64,000 bases of DNA from Actinomycetota bacterium (GTDB lineage Bacteria > Actinomycetota > JAICYB01): positions 7,004 through 71,003 of the forward strand of contig JBBDRJ010000016.1 in NCBI GenBank assembly GCA_040905525.1. The letters run 5' to 3'. The notes under the pieces are model-generated. The model was not told the DNA's origin and searched no databases. It was given only the letters and a program-made list of their open reading frames with translations. Positions within the stretch are counted from its first letter, which is position 1. Every line of letters begins with the position of its first letter. This document shows, one piece after another, positions 57,857 to 64,000 of this stretch. Position numbers and translations under genes: made by a program.

Positions 57857-58852
57857 CTACAAACCCTTGCCCAGAACCACCTCGTAGACGGGACGGGGCA
57901 CGGGGCCGAATCGACGCTTGTAGGGCTCGTCTCCTCGAAGGAAGTCGAAGGTGCGCTGGCCCTCCTCGATGGCCTGCTCGATGAGCGATCCGACCAGAAC
58001 CATCCCGGGTGCCTGCTTGGCGAGGTCCGGACGGAACGATGAGTTGTAAAGGGCGAGGGTGTCGCGGAAGTCGTAGGAGAACGTGCACGCCACCGGTTCG
58101 CCCTCGAGATCGAGAACGTCCAACCGGGCCAGCCCGAACAAGAAGAGGTCTGCCGCCAAGCGCCGGAAGAACCTCTCGCGCTCGGGTGTGAAGAAGCCGG
58201 CCTTCTCGCCTGGTGCTTGACGGTGGAACTCGAAGAACGCGGCGAGGTCGCTCTCCCAGCCGATCTCGTCCGCGCGCCGGATACGCCACTCTCCGACCTC
58301 GCCGAGACGCCGTCGCTTTCGCCTCAACTCGTGGCGATCGTGGCCGGAGAGACCTTGCAAGTACTCATCGAAGGACTTCGGCAAGGTGATGGCCGGGGCG
58401 ATGTCCACCTGTTGCTGCGTGAAGGAAAGATCGGTCTTCTTGGCGATCTCCTCGACGACGCCGAGCCATCGCGTCCCTTCCAGCACCGAGTGGAAGCGCA
58501 CGCGCTCGAAGCCACCGTCGCTGAATGCCCACTCGAGGAAGAAGCGCAATGCGTCTGCTTCCCGGCCGGGCACGGCCGTCGGCACCTGCTCGTCGGTGAC
58601 GTCCTGGGAGCCGAGGAAGCTCAGCAGGCCCGCTTCGTCGACGCAGTTACACGTCGGGAAGACGCCGATCGGCTCGTCGTCGTCCCAAACCAGGGCCAGG
58701 AGCAGATCTCCCGTGCCCAGCGACTCCCACCACGCGCGCAGCCAGGCCGGGTGACAGAAGACGCCGGCCTCCAGGTCCTGTTCGATGATGCGTTCCCACG
58801 GCCGGACCACGTCCGGCGAGAAGGCGTCGAAAAGACCGATGCGTAGCCCCAT
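57857..58852 (-). CDS. GNAT-family (CelD/BcsL-like) acyltransferase
   Basis: HPAWLRAWW, ELRRKRRRL, SPG-like APGMVL, FDFLRGDEPYKRRF. Confidence 0.8.
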   Translation of the reverse strand: MGLRIGLFDAFSPDVVRPWERIIEQDLEAGVFCHPAWLRAWWESLGTGDLLLALVWDDDEPIGVFPTCNCVDEAGLLSFLGSQDVTDEQVPTAVPGREADALRFFLEWAFSDGGFERVRFHSVLEGTRWLGVVEEIAKKTDLSFTQQQVDIAPAITLPKSFDEYLQGLSGHDRHELRRKRRRLGEVGEWRIRRADEIGWESDLAAFFEFHRQAPGEKAGFFTPERERFFRRLAADLFLFGLARLDVLDLEGEPVACTFSYDFRDTLALYNSSFRPDLAKQAPGMVLVGSLIEQAIEEGQRTFDFLRGDEPYKRRFGPVPRPVYEVVLGKGL

Positions 58853-59015
58853 GCTTCCTCTTCTCCCGCTCCCTCAGCGTCGAGCGTAACGACTCCCTGT
58901 AGTTCCGAACGTATGGGCACCCGGCATCGTCCTACTACCCAGACGCTGCGGGGAGGGCTCGGGAGGGGCACCGACGAAGCCCACGTGGGTGCGCCCACCC
59001 CTCCCGATAGAAAGA

Positions 59016-59074
59016 GAAGAGGGCCCCCCGGGGGGGGGGGGGGGGGTGGGGGGGGGGGGGGGGGGCCCCTCTTC
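59016..59074 (-). terminator. Probable intrinsic terminator of the hbhA-like operon, with an anomalous homopolymer loop
   Basis: GAAGAGGGCCCCCC / GGGGGGCCCCTCTTC near-perfect arms; TCTCTTTCT tail on the minus strand; G17-T-G18 run between. Confidence 0.55.
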
Positions 59075-59093
59075 GGGGGTGCGGGGAGGGGTT

Positions 59094-59561
59094 CTAGGAA
59101 GCCTCGGTTTGCGACTTGGCGGCAGCCGCCGCCTTCGAGACTGAGGACTTGCGAGCAGGCGCCTTACCGTTGTCGCGTCCGATGGCCTTCTCGATGCGGC
59201 CGCGGATCTCGGTTACCTGCTTGCGGGCGTCGGTCCGGATGGATTCGACCTGCTTGCGCGCATTGCCCGGTAGCTCCTGGATCTGCTTGCGGGCTTCGCT
59301 CGGGAGCTCGCGGATCTTCTCACGACGCTCCTTGGCCTCGCTGCGAATCCGCTTCACAACGGTCTCGCCGCGGGCCTGAAGCTCGGATGCCTGCTTGCGG
59401 AACCTCGGCTCGATCTCGCGAGCCTGGTCGATCAATGACGTCTCGCGAAGCTTCGACGTCCGCTCGACTACTACCTTCACCGCCGGCAGCTCGCGCACCT
59501 TCTCGGCCGCAAGGTCGGCAGCACCAACTGCTACGTACAAACCACGCTCGATAGCGCTCAT
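59094..59561 (-). CDS. hbhA: HBHA-like coiled-coil protein
   Basis: LYVAVGAADLA motif, coiled coil, K/A-rich tail; directly downstream of an Rv0474-like regulator. Confidence 0.6.
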   Translation of the reverse strand: MSAIERGLYVAVGAADLAAEKVRELPAVKVVVERTSKLRETSLIDQAREIEPRFRKQASELQARGETVVKRIRSEAKERREKIRELPSEARKQIQELPGNARKQVESIRTDARKQVTEIRGRIEKAIGRDNGKAPARKSSVSKAAAAAKSQTEAS

Positions 59562-59977
59562 GCGTCACCTCCTGTGACTTCTGCTGTTGTCTGCCGCCGC
59601 GCCCGCCGTTCGACGGTTTCCGTGCGGAACCGCTCGTAGGTCACGGCGAGCTCGCGACGCTGTCCTTCCGTCAATTCGGGGTCCCGGAAGATGGCCCGAA
59701 GGACGCCGGTCTCGCGGGCGTCCTCGGGTTCAACATCGAGGATCCCGGCCTGAGCGAAGATCGTCTCCGCCGACACCTGCAGCGCGGTCGCGATCCCCTT
59801 GAGGATCTTCGCGCTCGGCTGCCGGAGCCCTCGCTCTATCTGGCTGAGATAGGGATTCGACACCCCGGCGCGTTCGGCCAGCTTGCGCAACGAGAGCTGA
59901 GCGTTGCGCCGGTGCTCACGGATGTAGGTACCAACGTCCGGGAGCCGCTGGGGCCGGGAGCCGTTGTCGCTCGTCAT
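59558..59977 (-). CDS. XRE-family HTH regulator (Rv0474-like)
   Basis: GTYIREHRRNAQLSLRKLAERAGVSNPYLSQIERGLRQPSA. Confidence 0.9.
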   Translation of the reverse strand: MTSDNGSRPQRLPDVGTYIREHRRNAQLSLRKLAERAGVSNPYLSQIERGLRQPSAKILKGIATALQVSAETIFAQAGILDVEPEDARETGVLRAIFRDPELTEGQRRELAVTYERFRTETVERRARRQTTAEVTGGDA

Positions 59978-60143
59978 GCCTCCAACCCTAGCAAGGTCGA
60001 TAGCCTTTTGCAAGCGCTCGTGAACACAAGCACAAGGTTGTGGGATTGTTCGAGGAGGCAAAACCCCAGGTCAGATGGTCTCGACGACCAAGTTAGCCTC
60101 TCAGGGAACGATGCGATAGGTGCGCTTGCTGCTCGGAAGGTTG

Positions 60144-60683
60144 CTAGCGCGCGGGCGTGGGCGGCTCGAGGCCTTCCTTGTACCGGCGTGCGAGCTCGTC
60201 CTCCAGGGCGTCGATCACGCCGTGCAGCCGTCCGCGCATCGACGAGAGCTCCTTCTCGGCTTCGTCGACCCTGCTGAGCAGCGATTCGATCTGCTCTTCG
60301 GAGAGCTCGGGCAGCTGCGTGAGGTCGGCCTCGGATAACACCTTTTCGGCGTCGCGTCGGCCCGCAACGGCCGAAGCACGCAAGGCGATACCCTGCCGGG
60401 CGCCGCGCGTCCGGAGACCGTTGGAGCCGAGAACGGCGGCGAGCGCCTCCACGCTGTGGCCGGTACCCCGGCCCCCACGCCGGGCGTCGAGCTCGTCGGC
60501 GAGGACGGCGAACTTCCCGTGCAGGTTCCGGCGGACGTAGGAGACCGCGTCCTCTTCCTCCCGAGCGTCGCGGAGCTTCGAGCGCAGCTCGACCGGGTTC
60601 ACGTGATCGAGCGCCTCCACATATGTCGGGTCGAGGACTTTGTCGATCCGGCGACGGATTGGGTTGGCCATCGACTTGCTCAT
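60144..60683 (-). CDS. RsiG/AmfC-like c-di-GMP-binding anti-sigma factor homolog
   Basis: RRRIDKVLDP.YV, EDAVSYVRRNLHGK and EKELSSMRGRLHGVID..ELARRYKEG. Confidence 0.7.
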   Translation of the reverse strand: MSKSMANPIRRRIDKVLDPTYVEALDHVNPVELRSKLRDAREEEDAVSYVRRNLHGKFAVLADELDARRGGRGTGHSVEALAAVLGSNGLRTRGARQGIALRASAVAGRRDAEKVLSEADLTQLPELSEEQIESLLSRVDEAEKELSSMRGRLHGVIDALEDELARRYKEGLEPPTPAR

Positions 60684-60768
60684 CGTAACGCGGCGGTCAC
60701 GCCTGCAGCCCCCGTAAGGACTTCCACGCGTCGGCCGAAGGTAGGACGGACCATCGACGCCGTGAGGC

Positions 60769-61815
60769 TCAACAAACGCGGCTGAGGCTCGGGTAGGGAT
60801 CGATGGCCCGGCCACCGCCGGGGTGGATCTCGAAGTGCACATGAGGGGGACCCCCACTGGCATTACCCGTGTTGCCGTTGGAACCGAGCCTCTGCCCCGC
60901 CGATACCGACTGGCCGGCGCCCACCGACAGGTTCGAAAGGTGCGCGTAGTAGAACTCCGTTCCGCCGCCAAACAGGTAGAGCGCGATCCCTCCGAGACCA
61001 CCTCTGCCCGTCCTCGTCACACGCCCGGAAACCGTAGCTACGACCGGCGCGCCCATGGGGGCCATGATGTCGTTGCCCTGATGCCGCCGCGTACCGCCAC
61101 CACGCGGCGCTCCGAAGCTGTTCGTCACTGTGTGCGGACCGCTCACCGGACAGGCATCGAGGGGGATCGTGATCCCGCGCACACCACTTCCTCCCACGCG
61201 GAACAACGCGTTGATCTGTTCCCGGCTCAGCTGGCCTTGAAGGTCTCGGACGAGTGAGTTCGCTTGCTCGAGACTGATACGGAGCTGCCGTCCCTGTGAT
61301 GCGTAACCCTCCTTCTGGGATGCGAAGATCCCGCGCTGTCGATCCAACTCGCGCTGGCGCAGGTCGAGCTCGGCGCGCTTCTTCCTGAGTTGCAAGATCA
61401 AGTCTTCGTCGGTGAGTGTCTGCTGTTGCAGCGTCACGAGTCGCAGGCTGAAATCCCGGAATGACTCGGCTTCGAGGAGGAACTGGAAGAAGCCGACGCC
61501 GCGCATGCGGTAGGCCTGGCGAACGCGATCCTTGAGACTTTCCTGAAGCTTCCCCAGATCGTCTTCGGCCCGGGAGATCTCGCCCTGAGTGCGCGTGATC
61601 CGTCCCTGAGTCTCTTGAAGGTCCTGCTCGGCCTGCGCGTACGCCTGAGCGATGCGTTGGTACGCGGCCTTCGCACGACCCGCCTGTTGCCGCGCGGAGT
61701 CGAGCCGGGACTGCGTCGACTGCGCGCCGGTCGGAGCCGTCCCCACTAGGAGACCGAGTGCGCACACGATCGCAACGAACCAAAGACGGTGAGCACGCCG
61801 TGGTCTTGACCTCAT
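60769..61815 (-). CDS. Secreted coiled-coil M23 peptidase (EnvC-like)
   Basis: Signal peptide, long coiled coil, HQGNDIMAP (HxxxD), YAHL, HVHFEIH; start at ATG 61815. Confidence 0.88.
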   Translation of the reverse strand: MRSRPRRAHRLWFVAIVCALGLLVGTAPTGAQSTQSRLDSARQQAGRAKAAYQRIAQAYAQAEQDLQETQGRITRTQGEISRAEDDLGKLQESLKDRVRQAYRMRGVGFFQFLLEAESFRDFSLRLVTLQQQTLTDEDLILQLRKKRAELDLRQRELDRQRGIFASQKEGYASQGRQLRISLEQANSLVRDLQGQLSREQINALFRVGGSGVRGITIPLDACPVSGPHTVTNSFGAPRGGGTRRHQGNDIMAPMGAPVVATVSGRVTRTGRGGLGGIALYLFGGGTEFYYAHLSNLSVGAGQSVSAGQRLGSNGNTGNASGGPPHVHFEIHPGGGRAIDPYPSLSRVC

Positions 61816-61823
61816 CCGCGGCG

Positions 61824-62849
61824 CTAGATCGTTCGGACGATCGCTGAGATCGCGAGCCCGACGATGAATAGCGCTCCGGCGCGCCGCGAGTGCACGAAGG
61901 CGACCGGCGCGTACCACAGCGGCCACACCGGATAGCCCTTGGGGGGCTCGGCTGGTTTCGGTTGCATGTAGGCACGCCACACCTGCACCAGACGCGGAAG
62001 GGCGAGGAAGGAAAGAAGCGACCACAGCGGAAGGGCGCCGGCGGCGACGAGCGCCCCGACCGCAACGTAGAACCCCAGCATCATGCCGAGCGTCGCCGCG
62101 CGCGCGGTGTGTTCGCCGAGAAGGACGGGGAGCGTCCCGATCTTGGCCGGACCATCCCACGGGAGCTTGTCGATGTGCTTGCCCATAAGGACGGTGGTCG
62201 CAAGAAGGGCAAAGGGAACGGAGGCGGCGATGATCTCCGCGGGGATGGATCCCGTCGACGCGTAGTAGGTGCCTCCGACCATCAGCGGGCCCCAGACGAT
62301 GAAGACGCCGGGTTCCCCGAGGCCGCGCTTCTTGAGCCGGAAGGGCGGAGCTGCGTAACCGGCGCTGACGAAGAACCCACCGAGGGCGAACGCCGGTACC
62401 GCCCATCCGCGCTCGATGGTGAGCACGACGAGAACACCGAGAGAGGACAGGTTCGCCACGAGCGAGGCCACAACGAGCCCGCGCTTGGAGATGAGTCCGG
62501 ACAGCACAGGATGGGGTGCGTACAAAGCCCGTGGATAGCTCTGGGTATCGATAGCCGACTCGAGGTCGAACAGGTCGTTCATCAAATTGTTCGCTGCATG
62601 CGCGAGCAGCAATCCGGCTCCGGCCAATCCGAAGAGCCAGGGATCGAAGCCGGGCTGTCCGACGGCGAGCAGTCCTCCGATGGCCGCGGACGTCACGGTC
62701 AGTGGGAAAACGCACGCGCGAACCAGAACCAGCCACTTCGAAACAACATCCACACGACCGGGTGGTGGGTTGCACGTCCTGAGAACGAAACCCCATCGCC
62801 AGAACACGCTGCGGTCTGCGACAGGCGTGCGCGGTTGCGTCTTCGCCAT
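61824..62849 (-). CDS. menA: UbiA/MenA-family prenyltransferase
   Basis: ANNLMNDLFD, GLGEPGVFIVWGP, TLPVLLG; multiple TM helices. Confidence 0.65.
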   Translation of the reverse strand: MAKTQPRTPVADRSVFWRWGFVLRTCNPPPGRVDVVSKWLVLVRACVFPLTVTSAAIGGLLAVGQPGFDPWLFGLAGAGLLLAHAANNLMNDLFDLESAIDTQSYPRALYAPHPVLSGLISKRGLVVASLVANLSSLGVLVVLTIERGWAVPAFALGGFFVSAGYAAPPFRLKKRGLGEPGVFIVWGPLMVGGTYYASTGSIPAEIIAASVPFALLATTVLMGKHIDKLPWDGPAKIGTLPVLLGEHTARAATLGMMLGFYVAVGALVAAGALPLWSLLSFLALPRLVQVWRAYMQPKPAEPPKGYPVWPLWYAPVAFVHSRRAGALFIVGLAISAIVRTI

Positions 62850-62860
62850 GGGCGCTAAGA

Positions 62861-63706
62861 CTACAGAGCTATGGTCCGGAAGGCCCAGTAGAAGGCGGGA
62901 GCCGCAAACAGCACGCTGTCGACGGTGTCGAGGGCACCGCCGAGGGGGCCGAGGTAACGGCCGGAGCTGCGCACGCCGGCGCTGCGCTTGATCACGGAGA
63001 ACACCAGATCGCCCACCGGCGCCAGCACTCCCATGCCCACACCGAACGCGGCCCCCGAGACCACGTCGAACGGAGGGTCAAGGACCAGACCCAACACGAT
63101 CCCCGCGCCGACGCTGGCGGCAAACCCGGCAGCCAGCCCCTCCCAAGTCTTGTTGGGAGAGACGGCCGTGGCCATCGGCCGCCGGCCGCGCCATCGGCCG
63201 ACGAAGAAGGCAAAGGCGTCGTTCAGGATCACCATCAGGCCGAACGCCAACAGTCCACGCAATCCCACACGTGGAATCGAGCGGATGAGCAGCACGTGGG
63301 CGCCCAGAACGCCAACGACACCGGCGGCACCGAGCGTCGCTGCGACGTCCGTCGTAACGCCGTCGGCTCTCCCGCTCGCTTCGTGCAATGCGATGCGGCT
63401 TAGCAGGAGAGAGAGGATCAGCACGGCGGCCGTCGCTGGAAGCAGGTCGAGGCGTCCGGCGTATCCCGACCACAAGAAAGCCAGGACGCCTGCCCCTCCT
63501 AGGGCGAAAGTGATGATGTGTCCCCACGTGGCGAGTAAGCGGCGAAGGTCGCTGTAGGCAACTACGCACAGCGCGGCGACGAAGATCGACACGGCGAGAC
63601 GGCCCGCGAGGAAGGAGCCGAGGGCCGCGGCGCCGAGCGCGAGACCGACGATCACCTGCGCCCCGGCGCTCGGGGGCGCAAGCATCGGCTCGTGTCTCGC
63701 ACTCAT
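62861..63706 (-). CDS. CdsA-like (CTP_transf_1) membrane protein with degenerate signature
   Basis: NDAFAFFVG, SPNKTWEG, GDLVFSVIKR..GVRSSG...GGALDTVDS. Confidence 0.7.
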   Translation of the reverse strand: MSARHEPMLAPPSAGAQVIVGLALGAAALGSFLAGRLAVSIFVAALCVVAYSDLRRLLATWGHIITFALGGAGVLAFLWSGYAGRLDLLPATAAVLILSLLLSRIALHEASGRADGVTTDVAATLGAAGVVGVLGAHVLLIRSIPRVGLRGLLAFGLMVILNDAFAFFVGRWRGRRPMATAVSPNKTWEGLAAGFAASVGAGIVLGLVLDPPFDVVSGAAFGVGMGVLAPVGDLVFSVIKRSAGVRSSGRYLGPLGGALDTVDSVLFAAPAFYWAFRTIAL

Positions 63707-63734
63707 GCCGCCTCCACTACGCTCCGGCGTGGGG

Positions 63735-63807
63735 TGGGCCGCCAGGGAATCGAACCCCGGACACCCGGGTTAAAAGCCCGGTGCTCTGCCAACTGAGCTA
63801 GCGGCCC
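63735..63807 (-). tRNA. tRNA-Lys(UUU); CCA not encoded
   Basis: GGGCCGC acceptor stem, AGCTCAGTTGGCAGAGC D-arm, CT-TTT-AA loop, GGTTCGATTCC T-arm. Confidence 0.95.
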
Positions 63808-63907
63808 TAATCGCTTCGGCAACAAGCACTGCAGCGACCACACAAATCTAGCTGCCTGCAACCCGCACCGGTTCGAGGAGTTGGCCGGTGATACCCTGAA
63901 TCGCTCC

Positions 63908-63982
63908 GGGGGCGTGGAGCAGCGTGGAGTGCTCGCCACCCTGTCAAGGTGGAGGTCGCGGGTTCAAGTCCCGTCGCCCCCG
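63908..63982 (+). tRNA. tRNA-Asp(GUC); CCA not encoded
   Basis: GGGGGCG/CGCCCCC acceptor stem, CCACC-CTGTCAA-GGTGG anticodon arm, GGGTTCAAGTCCC T-arm. Confidence 0.95.
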
Positions 63983-64000
63983 CAAACCCTCGCGAGGAGT

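Noticed and set aside
58913-59554. 213-aa ORF with a poly-Gly tract
   Set aside because: It derives from the poly-G run and lies antisense to the hbhA-like gene.
60769-62796. 675-aa giant M23 protein
   Set aside because: The N-terminal part is an off-frame read of the menA-like gene; a signal peptide starts at 61815.
63735-63982. tRNA-anchored genomic island
   Set aside because: No integrase or duplicated tRNA 3' end within the window.

Overview
GC-rich chromosomal segment of an Actinomycetota-type bacterium. The assignment is inferred from mshA, an F420-type LLM oxidoreductase, bS22, an Rv0474/hbhA-like pair, an RsiG-like gene and GAAC-N4-GTTC SOS boxes. No prophage, integrase, transposase or CRISPR array is evident. 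In order, the window holds: the end of an ECF transporter; a two-gene glycosylation pair; an Rdx redoxin; a HelD-like helicase; vapBC; a LexA-boxed imuA-imuB pair separated from dnaE2 by three unrelated genes; a PhyH dioxygenase; a GAF kinase/response regulator/SDR/QueA-like cassette; a sulfate assimilation cluster (Rrf2, sir, cysH, sat-cysC) interrupted by an AAA-DUF4143 gene; a DsrE-like gene; a SAM-I riboswitch controlling a ThrC-like enzyme plus a MoaD/ThiS-like sulfur carrier; trehalose genes; the rex-hemA-hemC-cobA/hemD-hemB-hemL cluster; Crp; the proC-HTH-bS22 locus with a Clp1-type polynucleotide kinase; thiI; htpX; mshA; an M23 peptidase; menA-like and degenerate cdsA-like genes; tRNA-Lys(UUU) and tRNA-Asp(GUC). 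The best candidates for undescribed biology are: (1) the SAM-riboswitch ThrC-like/sulfur-carrier unit beside sulfate reduction genes, a possible carrier-dependent homocysteine route; (2) a Clp1 kinase near a putative phosphatase; (3) the QueA-like cassette; (4) probable ATC and CTG start codons at coupled gene junctions; (5) an unannotated 54-aa very basic ORF upstream of dnaE2. All functional calls come from motif recognition by eye; no searches were run.
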